Assembly: GCA_964416425.1 (NCBI GenBank)
Contig: CAYQEC010000005.1
Coordinates: 9,328-73,327, forward strand
DNA from: an uncultured Acidimicrobiaceae bacterium
GTDB lineage: Bacteria > Actinomycetota > Acidimicrobiia > Spongiisociales > UBA5794
Direction of reading: 5' to 3'
DNA length: 64,000 nt
The notes under the pieces are model-generated. The model saw only the letters and a list, made by a program, of their open reading frames with translations, had not been told where the DNA came from and did not search any database. The position numbers and the translations under genes are program-made. Each line of letters begins with the position of its first letter. Position 1 is the first letter of the stretch. Below are positions 10,150 through 19,002 of the stretch, in pieces.

Positions 10150-12002
10150 GTCGCCGCCTCCCCGTCGATGGGCTCGAGGGACCAGCCGAACAGGCCCGAG
10201 ATGGTGATGAGGGCCCCGATCCAAGCCGCCACCAGCCCCGCCGGCAGGTAGACGAACCCGTAACCCATCGTCACCAGCCCGGCCGCCGCCACGATCGGGT
10301 AGAACGAGGGCGCCGGCAGGTGGATGTCGTGGTGCTCGGCGGCCGGGGCGGGGTCTTCCCGCTCTGCGATGCGGACCGCCCGCCCCTCCTCGTCGGTCGT
10401 GTACTTCTGGTGCCAGTAGTCGTCGAGCGAGGTGACATGGGGAATCTCGTCGAAGTTGTGGGGCGGCGGCGGGGACGGGATCGACCACTCGAGGGTGCGC
10501 CCGTCCCACGGGTCGGGGCCGGCGATGGCGCCGCGCCGGGCGCTGCGCACCACGTTGTAGAGGAAGATCAGGAACGAGAGCCCGATGATGAACGCCCCGA
10601 TCGAGGCGATGGCGTTCCAGAACCCCCAGCCGAGGCCCTCCGGGTAGGTGTAGGTGCGGCGCGGCATGCCGTTGAGGCCGAGGATGTGCATCGGGGCGAA
10701 GGTGAGGTTGAACCCGATCAGCATCAGCCAGAAGTGCCACAGCCCGAGCGTGCGGTTCAGCATGCGCCCGGTCCACTTCGGGAACCAGTAGTAGGCGCCG
10801 GCCACGAAACCGAAGATGGCGCCGCCGAACAGCACGTAGTGGAAGTGCCCGACGACGTAGTAGGTGTCGTGCTGCTGGGTGTCGGCCGGAACCACCGAGT
10901 GGGTCACCCCCGACAGGCCGCCGATGACGAACATGGCGATGAACCCGATGGCGAACAGCATCGGCACCTCGAACCGCACCCGTCCCCCCCAGATGGTGCC
11001 GATCCAGTTGAAGATCTTGACCCCGGTCGGCACCGCGATCATCAGCGTCGACACCCCGAACCCGGCTTCCGCCAGCGGCCCAAGGCCGGCGGTGTACATG
11101 TGGTGCACCCACACTCCGAAGCCCATGAAGCCGATGGCGATGCCGGAGAACACCACGAACGGGTATCCGAACAGCGGCTTGCGGGAGAAGGTGGGCAGGA
11201 TCTCCGAGACGATGCCCATGGCGGGCAGGATCAGCACGTACACCTCGGGATGGCCGAAGAGCCAGAACATGTGCTGCCAGAGCAGCGGGTCACCTCCCGA
11301 GGAGAAGAAGTGGGCGCCGAGGTTGCGGTCGAAGAAGAGCTGGAAGAGGCCGACGCCGAAGATCGGCAGCGAGAAGACGAGGAGGAAGGCGACCACCAGC
11401 GCCATCCAGACGAACACCGGCATCCGCAGCATGGTCATCCCGGGAGCCCGCATCGTGAAGATGGTGGCGATGAAGTTGATCGAGGCCGCGATCGAGGCGA
11501 CCCCGAGGAGCTGGGCGCCGACCGAGAAGAAGTCCATCCGCACCACCTCCCGCAGCTCGGTCGAGAGCGGGGCGTAGCCGAACCAGCCGCCGTCGGGGGC
11601 GCCGCCGAGCACGAACGACGACATCATCAGCACGATGCTGAAGGCGAACAGCCAGTAGCTGAAGGCGTTGAGGCGGGGAAAGGCCACGTCGCGGGCGCCG
11701 ATCATGATCGGCAGCAGGTAGTTCGTGAAGGCGGCGCCGATCGGCATCACCACGCCAAAGACCATGGTGAGCCCGTGCATGGTGAAGAGCTGGTTGTAGG
11801 CGTCGGCGCTGAGGAATTCCTGGTTGGGCCCGATGAGCTGGACCCGGATGAGCAGGGCCTCGAGACCGGCGATGAAGAGCGCGGCGAAGGCGGTGACGGC
11901 GTACATGATGCCGATCCGCTTGTGGTCGACCGTGGTGATCCAGCTCCAGATCCCGTTGGGACCGGTGCGGGGCAGCAGCTCCCGTTCGGCCGTCATCGTC
12001 AC
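10146..12002 (-). CDS. ctaD: Cytochrome c oxidase subunit I (CtaD) with a ~70 aa C-terminal extension containing an extra TM helix
   Basis: The product has the heme-copper oxidase subunit I signature (WLFGHPEVYVLILPAMGIVSE..., HHMYT, GHFHYVL) and a C-terminal tail HDIHLPAPSFYPIVAAAGLVTMGYGFVYL. Confidence 0.95.
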   Translation of the reverse strand: MTMTAERELLPRTGPNGIWSWITTVDHKRIGIMYAVTAFAALFIAGLEALLIRVQLIGPNQEFLSADAYNQLFTMHGLTMVFGVVMPIGAAFTNYLLPIMIGARDVAFPRLNAFSYWLFAFSIVLMMSSFVLGGAPDGGWFGYAPLSTELREVVRMDFFSVGAQLLGVASIAASINFIATIFTMRAPGMTMLRMPVFVWMALVVAFLLVFSLPIFGVGLFQLFFDRNLGAHFFSSGGDPLLWQHMFWLFGHPEVYVLILPAMGIVSEILPTFSRKPLFGYPFVVFSGIAIGFMGFGVWVHHMYTAGLGPLAEAGFGVSTLMIAVPTGVKIFNWIGTIWGGRVRFEVPMLFAIGFIAMFVIGGLSGVTHSVVPADTQQHDTYYVVGHFHYVLFGGAIFGFVAGAYYWFPKWTGRMLNRTLGLWHFWLMLIGFNLTFAPMHILGLNGMPRRTYTYPEGLGWGFWNAIASIGAFIIGLSFLIFLYNVVRSARRGAIAGPDPWDGRTLEWSIPSPPPPHNFDEIPHVTSLDDYWHQKYTTDEEGRAVRIAEREDPAPAAEHHDIHLPAPSFYPIVAAAGLVTMGYGFVYLPAGLVAAWIGALITISGLFGWSLEPIDGEAAT

Positions 12003-12024
12003 ACCGGATCACCCTCTCTCGTCG

Positions 12025-13182
12025 TCATTGCCAGCCCTCCAGCATCGCCGTCAGTCCTTCGATCTGTGCCTGGTCGAGCCCGAAGTTCGGCATGCCGAGC
12101 ACCCGGCCCGTGGTGAGGTCGTTGCGGTCGGGGTTCATCGGCTTCACCGCCGACGGGTCGGCTAGCCAGGTGGCGACGTGCTCGGGGGTGTTGTCGAAGA
12201 CGCTCCCGGCGAAGGTGGTGCGGCTCCCGAAGTGGGTGAGATCGGGGGCGAGGGAGGAGACGAAGGTCTCGCCGCGGACGTCGACGTGACGCTCAACGCC
12301 GACGACGCTCACGGTGCCGTCCTGAAGCATGGTGGCGCGGTGGCAGGCGGTGCAGGTGGTCGAGAACACCTCCCAGCCGGCGGCGGCGGGGTCGCCGGTC
12401 GGGACCGTGCCCGGCGTGAGCTGCTGGTCGGCCCAGGCCTGGAAGCCAGCGTCGGTCTCGACGAAGACCTTGAAGCGCATGTCGGCGTGGGAGAGGCCGC
12501 AGAACTCGGCGCACTGGCCGGGAAGCGGCTCCCCGGGCGGGGTGGGATCGTCGGCTTCGAGGGTGAGGTGGGAGATGCGGCCCGGGACGAGGTCCCGCTT
12601 CCCCGCCAGTGACGGCACCCAGAAGCTGTGGATGACGTCGGCCGAGGTCATCGTGAGGTTCACCTTGCGTCCGGCCGGGATGTGGAGCTCGTTGGCGGTG
12701 ACGAGGCTGCGCCCGTCGTCGCTCGTCAGATCGGGGTACGCGAACTCCCACCACCACTGGTGGCCGGTGACCTTCACCTGGACGACGTCGGGCCCCACGG
12801 GGATCTCGTGGATCTCGAAGATCCCCTTGATGATGGGAACGCCGATGCTGGCCAGGATGACGACCGGGATGATCGTCCACAGGATCTCGAGGCGGGTGTT
12901 GCCGTGGAGCTGGACCGGCTCACGGTCGTCGCCCTTGCGGGCCCGGTAGCGCCACAGCGAGTAGAGCAGGCCGACCTGGACGACCGTGAAGACGATGGCG
13001 GCGATGATGAAGACGAGTTGCCACAGGTTGTCGATGTCCCGTGACATCGGGCCCTTCGGGTTGAGCGAGGTCTGGGGCCCGGAGCCCGAACACGAAGCGA
13101 GCAGCAGTGCCGCCGCCACCAGCACGAGGGGTTGCCGGAGCCGGCGGGCGAGGGGCTTCGGGTGTAGGCGGTGCGATCTCAC
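12025..13182 (-). CDS. ctaC: Cytochrome c oxidase subunit II with a fused C-terminal cytochrome c domain (caa3-type); lipoprotein signal
   Basis: The CuA site is FCGLSHADMRF and the C-terminal heme motif is CTACH. The likely start is the GTG at 13182, giving a lipobox LLLASCSG; the track ORF extends to an ATG at 13266. Confidence 0.9.
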   Translation of the reverse strand: MRSHRLHPKPLARRLRQPLVLVAAALLLASCSGSGPQTSLNPKGPMSRDIDNLWQLVFIIAAIVFTVVQVGLLYSLWRYRARKGDDREPVQLHGNTRLEILWTIIPVVILASIGVPIIKGIFEIHEIPVGPDVVQVKVTGHQWWWEFAYPDLTSDDGRSLVTANELHIPAGRKVNLTMTSADVIHSFWVPSLAGKRDLVPGRISHLTLEADDPTPPGEPLPGQCAEFCGLSHADMRFKVFVETDAGFQAWADQQLTPGTVPTGDPAAAGWEVFSTTCTACHRATMLQDGTVSVVGVERHVDVRGETFVSSLAPDLTHFGSRTTFAGSVFDNTPEHVATWLADPSAVKPMNPDRNDLTTGRVLGMPNFGLDQAQIEGLTAMLEGWQ

Positions 13183-13400
13183 TTCATCGGCATGGGTCGG
13201 CGGACATACCCCGGGGGCCCGGGGCGTTGGGCACTGTAGTGGTGCCTTAGTCGCAAAGTCACGCACTTTTTGTCTAACTTTTTACATTTGCCGTCTATTC
13301 CGCCTGAATCCAGGGACCTGCGATACTCGGACGGCGCACCGGCGTCGGCCTCTTCGACGGAGCAGGTGCCCCCGCCTGCCACTGTGGAAACGAGCCCGCC
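13183..13400. promoter_or_regulatory. Divergent promoter region between ctaC and the TauE gene
   Basis: This is the only locally AT-richer stretch (ttagtcgcaaagtcacgcactttttgtctaactttttacatttgcc) and it lies between divergent starts. Confidence 0.5.
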
Positions 13401-14126
13401 ATGCCGGTATCGAACCTGCAACTCGTCATCGCCTTCACGGTGAGCGTGTTCGCCGCGGTGGTCCAGGGCACGATCGGCCTCGGCTTCGGCGTGGTCTCGG
13501 TCCCGCTGTTGACCCTGGTGAACCCGGTGCTCGCCCCGGTCCCCCAGCTCCTCGTGGTCTTCCCCATGACGCTGCTCATGGCGTGGCGGGAACGCCACGA
13601 CATCGACCGCCGCGGCATCCCGTGGATCATCGCGGGCAGGGTCCCGGGATCGGTGATCGGGGTCGGTCTCCTGGTGGTGGCGACGACCCGGGCGATCGAC
13701 GCCCTGATCGCGGCCGCGGTGCTGATCGCGATCATCGTCATCGCCGCCGGCCACAGCGTGCCCCGCACTCCGGGCAACCTGTTCGGCACCGGCGTGCTCT
13801 CCGGCATCATGGCGCTGGTGGCGTCGATCGGCGGACCGCCGGTGGCGCTGCTCTACAAGGACTCCGACGGCGCCGAGACCCGCTCCTCGCTGGCGGTGAT
13901 CTTCGCCATCGGCATCACCATCACCGCCACGACCCGGTTGCTCGCAGGGAAGATCACCGCCGACGACCTCGCCCTCGCCGCCTTCCTCTTTCCGGCGATG
14001 CTGATCGGCCTCGCCATGAGCTCGCGCCTCACCAGCCGGTTCGAGGGCGTGTGGATGCGGCGGGGGATCCTCACCGTGTCGACCGTGGCTGCGGTCTCGC
14101 TGTTGATCCGCTCGATGGTGGGCTGA
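13401..14126 (+). CDS. TauE/SafE (DUF81) family sulfite/anion exporter
   Basis: The product is a hydrophobic 241 aa protein of 7-8 TM with two internal repeats, as is typical of TauE. Confidence 0.8.
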   Translation: MPVSNLQLVIAFTVSVFAAVVQGTIGLGFGVVSVPLLTLVNPVLAPVPQLLVVFPMTLLMAWRERHDIDRRGIPWIIAGRVPGSVIGVGLLVVATTRAIDALIAAAVLIAIIVIAAGHSVPRTPGNLFGTGVLSGIMALVASIGGPPVALLYKDSDGAETRSSLAVIFAIGITITATTRLLAGKITADDLALAAFLFPAMLIGLAMSSRLTSRFEGVWMRRGILTVSTVAAVSLLIRSMVG

Positions 14127-14127
14127 G

Positions 14128-14958
14128 TCAGCCGGCTCCCCCGACAGCGGTGACGAGCCCGAGCACGTTGTCCCCGGTGTCGGTCGGCTCGATGGAGTGG
14201 AGGACCTCCGACAGCGCCGCGAACAGCTCCTTGACGGCCCAGGCCAGCACCAAGAACAGCACGATGATCACCACGATGGTGAGCACGGCCCGGATCCAGT
14301 AGAGCCAGCGCTTCTGCGGGTCGAACAAGGCCCGGAAGGGGTCGAACCAGGCGTCCCACGGCGACGGGGGTCTCCGGGGAGCGGTCATGGTGGCCACCGC
14401 GGCCGGTGCTTCGGCATACGGCTCGCGGGCGGGCTCGGGGAAGGGGGCGCCGACCGGGGGGAAGATCGCCTCGGTGGGGGCGTCGGCGAGATCGAGCACC
14501 GGAATCGGCGGCGGCGGATCGCCGACCTCGACAGGATCACCGACCTCGATGGCGGTGTCGGCCGCCGACCACAGATCCCCGAGGTCGAGGTCGTCGTCCA
14601 TCTGCGGCACATCGTCGTCGGCGGCCGGGGTGGCGGGAGCGGCCTCTGCCGGCACCGCAGCCGGGGCGGCAGGCGGCGCCACGGCTGGTGCCGCGGGTGC
14701 GGGCGGTTCCGGCTCCGGCGGAGGGGGTGGGACGGCCGCTTCGGGCGGTGGGAGCATGGCGGCGATGTCGCCGAGGTCGATCTCGAGGGTCTCGGCGAGC
14801 CGTTCCACCAGGTCCGGGTCGGGGTATCCTTCGCCGCGCTCCCACTCACGGACCACGGCGGCGGTCCGGCCCACCTTGCTGGCGAGCTGGCCGAGGGAGT
14901 AGCCCGCGGCGAGACGGCGCTCCCGCACCAGGTCGCCCAGTGTCGATTCCTCGGTCAT
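14128..14958 (-). CDS. XRE-family HTH protein with a Pro/Ala-rich linker and a C-terminal TM anchor
   Basis: The N-terminal HTH is LGDLVRERRLAAGYSLGQLASKVGRTAAVVREWERG. It is followed by a PPPPPEPEPPAPAAPAV low-complexity stretch and the C-terminal helix WIRAVLTIVVIIVLFLVLAWAV. Confidence 0.75.
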   Translation of the reverse strand: MTEESTLGDLVRERRLAAGYSLGQLASKVGRTAAVVREWERGEGYPDPDLVERLAETLEIDLGDIAAMLPPPEAAVPPPPPEPEPPAPAAPAVAPPAAPAAVPAEAAPATPAADDDVPQMDDDLDLGDLWSAADTAIEVGDPVEVGDPPPPIPVLDLADAPTEAIFPPVGAPFPEPAREPYAEAPAAVATMTAPRRPPSPWDAWFDPFRALFDPQKRWLYWIRAVLTIVVIIVLFLVLAWAVKELFAALSEVLHSIEPTDTGDNVLGLVTAVGGAG

Positions 14959-15049
14959 CTATCCCCTCGATCGGTGCGCGGCAGCCTATCCCACGTTCCC
15001 GCAGAACCAACGCCTCCGGGGTGCGGCGAGGTTCCCGAAACCTGTCCCG

Positions 15050-15127
15050 GCGGAGGCGGACGGGAATCGAACCCGCCAGGGAGCGTGCGCTCCCTCAACG
15101 GTTGTGCAGACCGTTCCGGGCGCCTTG
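15050..15127 (-). pseudogene. Degenerate partial duplicate of tRNA-Sec (no D-arm; anticodon loop mutated to CUGCACA; no CCA)
   Basis: It shares ~57 nt with selC at 15681..15775 with one mismatch, covering the T-arm, the variable-arm hairpin GGGAGCGCACGCUCCC and the acceptor 3' strand. The 5' acceptor strand and D-arm do not fold. Confidence 0.6.
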
Positions 15128-15256
15128 GGAGTGTATCGGCCTTCCAACGAGATCGGACGGAAACCCTTGCAGGACCGGGCATTCTATCGAGACTCGCCCG
15201 TATGGCGCGCTCGGGTGGGCAGGCAGGTCCGACCGTGCCATCATCTGGTGGTGAGC

Positions 15257-15640
15257 GTGACGCGTCGTCGGGTGACGTGGCTTGGAGGCGGATTGCTCGT
15301 CCTCGCCGCGCTCACGGCGTTTCTTTGGCTGGGTCCCCCCGGTTCGGCGTATCGCGCCAACGATGCCTATGCGGCTTGTGTCACCCGGGCCGAGTCGCTG
15401 GGCACCGCGGCTGCAGAAGGCGGACTCGACCCCGAGTACATCGCTGCGATGAGCGAGTGTGCGGAGCACTGCGAGCCGATCACTGATCCGTCATGGCTCG
15501 AGACGGTGGGGTTGTTCATGCAAACGAGGGTCTCGTCGAGCCGGGACGGGCCGTCGTGCCTGTGGCAGCAGCCCGGCTTCAGCGACATCATCCCGTTCCT
15601 TCCGGGCGATGACATGCACGACGTCGGGCCGCGGAACTGA
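15257..15640 (+). CDS. Small hypothetical secreted/membrane protein between the two selC copies
   Basis: A GTG start gives VTRRRVTWLGGGLLVLAALTAFLWLGPPGSAYRANDAYAACV..., a signal-peptide-like N-terminus. In-frame GTGs at 15248 and 15251 are alternative starts. Confidence 0.4.
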   Translation: MTRRRVTWLGGGLLVLAALTAFLWLGPPGSAYRANDAYAACVTRAESLGTAAAEGGLDPEYIAAMSECAEHCEPITDPSWLETVGLFMQTRVSSSRDGPSCLWQQPGFSDIIPFLPGDDMHDVGPRN

Positions 15641-15680
15641 TTCGACGGCCGCCCGACATCCTCTGGCACCCGGCGAGGGT

Positions 15681-15775
15681 TGGCGGAGGCGGACGGGAAT
15701 CGAACCCGCCAGGGAGCGTGCGCCCCCTCAACGGTTTTGAAGACCGCGGGACCCACCAGGCATCCGGACGCCTCC
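15681..15775 (-). tRNA. selC: tRNA-Sec (selC), anticodon UCA
   Basis: The reverse complement reads GGAGGCGU...CGGUCUUCAAAACCG...long variable arm AGGGGGCGCACGCUCCCUG, GCGGGUUCGAUUCCCGU, CCGCCUCC-G-CCA. The anticodon loop CUUCAAA is identical to E. coli selC. The acceptor stem is extended, the gene is 95 nt, and the CCA is encoded. Confidence 0.75.
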
Positions 15776-15846
15776 GGGTGTCAGGCTACCGGGCGATGCG
15801 GTTCTATGATCCAGGAGCGAGAGAGCGACCTGATACGGAGAACCCC

Positions 15847-16167
15847 ATGGACGCGACGAAGCTGATGGTGTGGATCGACCAGGATCTCTGCACCGGTGAC
15901 GGCATCTGCGAAGAGATCGCACCGGACGTGTTCCTCGGCCGCGACGACGGGCTCTGGGTCGTCAAGGAGGAGTCCTCGTTCTTCGGAACCACCACGATCT
16001 TCGACGGCGCCGAGGGTGACGGCCACGGCCCGGACGGGGCACAGGGCGTCGCCCGGGTCCCGGACAGCATCATCGACTCCGTGGTCGAGGCCGCCGAGGA
16101 ATGCCCCGGCGAATGCATCATGATCGAGCCGTACGACGCCGCCATCGTCGCCAACCGCGGCGTCTGA
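15847..16167 (+). CDS. Ferredoxin (single-cluster 3Fe-4S/4Fe-4S, FdxA-like)
   Basis: The product begins MDATKLMVWIDQDLCTGDGICEEIAPDVF and ends ...ECPGECI. The track ORF 15718..16167 is an upstream extension that overlaps the tRNA. Confidence 0.8.
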   Translation: MDATKLMVWIDQDLCTGDGICEEIAPDVFLGRDDGLWVVKEESSFFGTTTIFDGAEGDGHGPDGAQGVARVPDSIIDSVVEAAEECPGECIMIEPYDAAIVANRGV

Positions 16168-16352
16168 CGAGCCTGCGACGTCTCACCTCCCTCCGAAGCA
16201 AGAGGGCCGCCGAGGGCGCCGACGTACTCTGCACCGCGCGGGTGCGGTGGTAGCGCCACCCTGGAGGCGGTCGGCATGTCGCTCCGCAAGAACCACTGGA
16301 CGGACGGCGCCGCAGCCATGAAACTGTTCCCATGTCGACGCGGAGGAGTGAC

Positions 16353-16583
16353 ATGGAGGTGACGATCCATCTCTCCGAGGACGAGACCACCACGGTGGTG
16401 CGCACCGTGCTCAACCTCGCAGGGGAGCACTTCGAATCCACCGGCAAGGCCCGCCGCAGCCCGGACGATCCGATGGTCCCCGTCGTCGGGGAGGAGCTGG
16501 CGCTGTCCCGTGCCCTGCAGGATCTCTCGGCCCAGCTCACCGAGGCCGCCCGGCTCAAGCTCGAGCGCCTCGCCGGCGCCTGA
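16353..16583 (+). CDS. DUF1876-like small protein
   Basis: The product is MEVTIHLSEDETTTVVRTVLNLAGEHFESTGKARRSPDDPMVPVVGEELALSRALQDL. A GGAGGAG sits 6 nt upstream. Confidence 0.6.
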   Translation: MEVTIHLSEDETTTVVRTVLNLAGEHFESTGKARRSPDDPMVPVVGEELALSRALQDLSAQLTEAARLKLERLAGA

Positions 16584-16593
16584 TTCCCCGGGG

Positions 16594-16971
16594 TCAGGCA
16601 CCGCCGGCCGCTCGGGTGTGGTCGAGCGCGGTCCTGATCCGATCCACCACCTCGAGCACCGCTCCCGCTTCTTGCTCCGAGAGATGCCGGCCCCACAGGT
16701 CGTGCAACGCCTCGTCGAAGACGGCTTGTGACCGCCGCACCGCGCTGCGCCCCCGGGCCGTCAGCGCCACCATCACCAGCCTGCGGTCGGACGGTGACGG
16801 GCCCCGCGCCACGTAGCCGGCCTCCTCGAGGCGATCGACCAGCTTGGTGACCCCTCCCCGGGTCAGCACCAGCCGGTCGGCGATGTCGCTCATCCGCAGC
16901 GCCCCGCCCTCCTGCTCCAGGCTCGCCAACGCCTCGTGGTCCGCCAGCAGGATGCCGGTCGTCTCGCTCAT
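16594..16971 (-). CDS. MarR family transcriptional regulator
   Basis: The winged-helix region is LRMSDIADRLVLTRGGVTKLVDRLEEAGYVAR...DRRLVMVALT. The gene is divergent from an MFS pump. Confidence 0.85.
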   Translation of the reverse strand: MSETTGILLADHEALASLEQEGGALRMSDIADRLVLTRGGVTKLVDRLEEAGYVARGPSPSDRRLVMVALTARGRSAVRRSQAVFDEALHDLWGRHLSEQEAGAVLEVVDRIRTALDHTRAAGGA

Positions 16972-17122
16972 CCGGCCCTCGATCTCGGCCTTGAGCAGCA
17001 GCCCGAGATGGATGGTGTGTGTTCCCGCCTCGCGCCGGTGGTCGATTTGGTGCGAACCCATCCCGCCATGTTACTATCGTGGTTGATGATTTACTGGCAT
17101 ACTATCGACTGGTAGAGAACCG

Positions 17123-18475
17123 GTGGGAACCTCGTTCAGGACCTTCCTCGTCGTCTGGTTCGGCCAGCTCGTCTCCAACGTCGGATCCAGCCTCACCTCG
17201 TTCGCCCTCGGATTCTGGGTGTACGGCGAGACGGGATCGGCGACCCGCCTCGCCCTCGTGATCGTGGCGGCCCGCACCCCGATGCTGCTCATCTCCCCGT
17301 TCGCCGGCGCCCTGGTCGATCGCTGGAGCCGGCGCCGGGCCATGATCGTCGCCGACGCCGGGGCGGCCCTCGGAACCCTGGCCACCGCCATCCTGCTCGC
17401 CACCGGCCGCCTCGAGATCTGGCACCTCTACCTGACCCTCGGCTTCGCCGGGGTGTTCCGCGCCTTCCAATCCCCCGCCTACACCGCCTCGGCCACCCTG
17501 CTGGTGCCGAAGCGCCACTTCGGCCGGGCCGCCGGCCTGGTACAGCTCGCCGGCAGCGTCGGACTGGTGTTGGGCCCGACCCTCGGAGCGGTGCTGCTCG
17601 TGCTCGGCGGCCTCACCACCATCTTCCTCATCGACCTCGGCACGTTCCTCTTCGCCGTTCTCACCCTGCTCCTGGTGCGCTGGCCCGAACCGGAGCGCAC
17701 GATCCCGGATGAAGGCACCGGCCCCCGACCCGGCCTCTGGTCGGAGGCGAGAGAAGGCCTCCGCTTCGTCACGGCCCGACCCGGCCTGCTCGGCCTACTC
17801 ACCGCCTCCTCGCTCACCAACTTCGCCATCGGGTTCCACTCCGTGCTCATCTACCCCCTGCTGCTCGGGTTCGCCACCAAGACCACCGCCGGAGCCGTCA
17901 TCTCGACCGGCGCCCTCGGCATGGTGCTCGGCAGCGTCGTGATGAGCGCCTGGGGTGGGCCGCGGCGGCGGGTCGCCGGCACCCTCGGGGCGCTGGTGCT
18001 CGCCGGGGCGGGCTACGGGCTTGCCGGGCTCCGCCCCTCGGTGGCGGTCGCCGCCACCGGCCTCTTCGTGCTGCTGGTGTCCCTCCCGATCGCCGCCGGC
18101 ACCGGCCAGGCGATCTGGCAGGCCAAGGTGCCGCCGGATCTCCAGGGACGGGTCTTCTCCCTCCAGGCGATGCTCGGCCTCGCCGCCACCCCCCTCGCCT
18201 ACCTGCTGGCCGGTACCCTCGCCGACCGCGTGTTCGAACCGCTGCTTGCCGCCGGAGGCCCGCTGGCCGGCACGGTGGGACGGCTCACCGGCACCGGGCC
18301 CGGGCGCGGCGTCGGGCTCCTGTTCCTCGTGCTCGGCCTGTTCACGATCGTGGTGGCGGCCCTGGCATGCCTCCACGATCGAGTCCGCCACCTCGAAATC
18401 GAGATCCCCGACGCCTTCGTCGACGAAGTCGTCGACAGCAACGCGGCACACCCGGCGGCGGCGGTCAGCCGGTGA
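17123..18475 (+). CDS. MFS transporter (DHA3/EntS-like)
   Basis: The product is a 450 aa, 12-TM protein with the GALVDRWSRRRAM loop motif. Confidence 0.85.
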   Translation: MGTSFRTFLVVWFGQLVSNVGSSLTSFALGFWVYGETGSATRLALVIVAARTPMLLISPFAGALVDRWSRRRAMIVADAGAALGTLATAILLATGRLEIWHLYLTLGFAGVFRAFQSPAYTASATLLVPKRHFGRAAGLVQLAGSVGLVLGPTLGAVLLVLGGLTTIFLIDLGTFLFAVLTLLLVRWPEPERTIPDEGTGPRPGLWSEAREGLRFVTARPGLLGLLTASSLTNFAIGFHSVLIYPLLLGFATKTTAGAVISTGALGMVLGSVVMSAWGGPRRRVAGTLGALVLAGAGYGLAGLRPSVAVAATGLFVLLVSLPIAAGTGQAIWQAKVPPDLQGRVFSLQAMLGLAATPLAYLLAGTLADRVFEPLLAAGGPLAGTVGRLTGTGPGRGVGLLFLVLGLFTIVVAALACLHDRVRHLEIEIPDAFVDEVVDSNAAHPAAAVSR

Positions 18476-18896
18476 TGTAGCTCTCGAGCTGTGCGATCAG
18501 AAACGCCTGCTCGGAGATGACGGCCTTCACGATATCGCCGATCGAGACCAGGCCCACCAGTACGTCGTCCTCCACCACCGGCAGGTGGCGGATGTGGTGA
18601 TCGGTCATCAGCGTCATGCACTCGGTCACGGTCTGGTCACGCCTCACCGTGAAGACCCGACCCGTCATGATGTCCCGCACCGGGGTGTCCCGCGATCCTC
18701 GATCGTGCAGCGATACCTTGCGGGCGTAGTCACGCTCCGACAGGATCCCGGCCAGCCGCCCCTCGTCGAGCACCACAATCGCGCCGATGCCCTCGTCGGC
18801 CATGAGCCGCAGCGCCTCGAAGACGGTGGCGTCCGGGGCGATCGACCAGACGTCGCGCCCTTTGGCGGCCAGCAGGTGATCGACGGTCTTCTGCAT
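18465..18896 (-). CDS. CBS-pair domain protein
   Basis: The product begins MQKTVDHLLAAKGRDVWSIAP and includes IRHLPVVEDDVLVGLVSIGDIVKAV. The track ORF carries a spurious N-terminal extension. Confidence 0.8.
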   Translation of the reverse strand: MQKTVDHLLAAKGRDVWSIAPDATVFEALRLMADEGIGAIVVLDEGRLAGILSERDYARKVSLHDRGSRDTPVRDIMTGRVFTVRRDQTVTECMTLMTDHHIRHLPVVEDDVLVGLVSIGDIVKAVISEQAFLIAQLESYITG

Positions 18897-19002
18897 CGCT
18901 CCTCCTCGGTCACGTCTCAACCTACCCGCCGTGACGCCACCGTGCAGAGGGGACCTGGCCACGCCGAGCCGGGCGGAGACGTTTCCCGGGGGGTCTGCTT
19001 TC

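Noticed and set aside
9544-11112. 522 aa ORF
   Set aside because: Only the C-terminal 201 aa (ctaE, ATG at 10149) is real. The upstream part is out-of-frame over ctaD.
15050-15127. Upstream tRNA-like copy as a functional tRNA-Sec-like tRNA-Cys (GCA anticodon)
   Set aside because: The acceptor stem pairs at most 5 bp, there is no D-arm, position 37 would be C, and there is no CCA. It does not fold as a cloverleaf, so it is treated as a degenerate duplicate.
15128-15680. Integrated mobile element at selC
   Set aside because: Only ~550 bp with one small ORF lies between the repeats. There is no integrase, excisionase or cargo. At most this is a decayed remnant, so it is reported as a finding and not as a mobile_element feature.
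15718-16167. 149 aa ORF overlapping selC
   Set aside because: The N-terminal 43 codons run across the tRNA gene on the opposite strand. The ferredoxin starts at the ATG at 15847.
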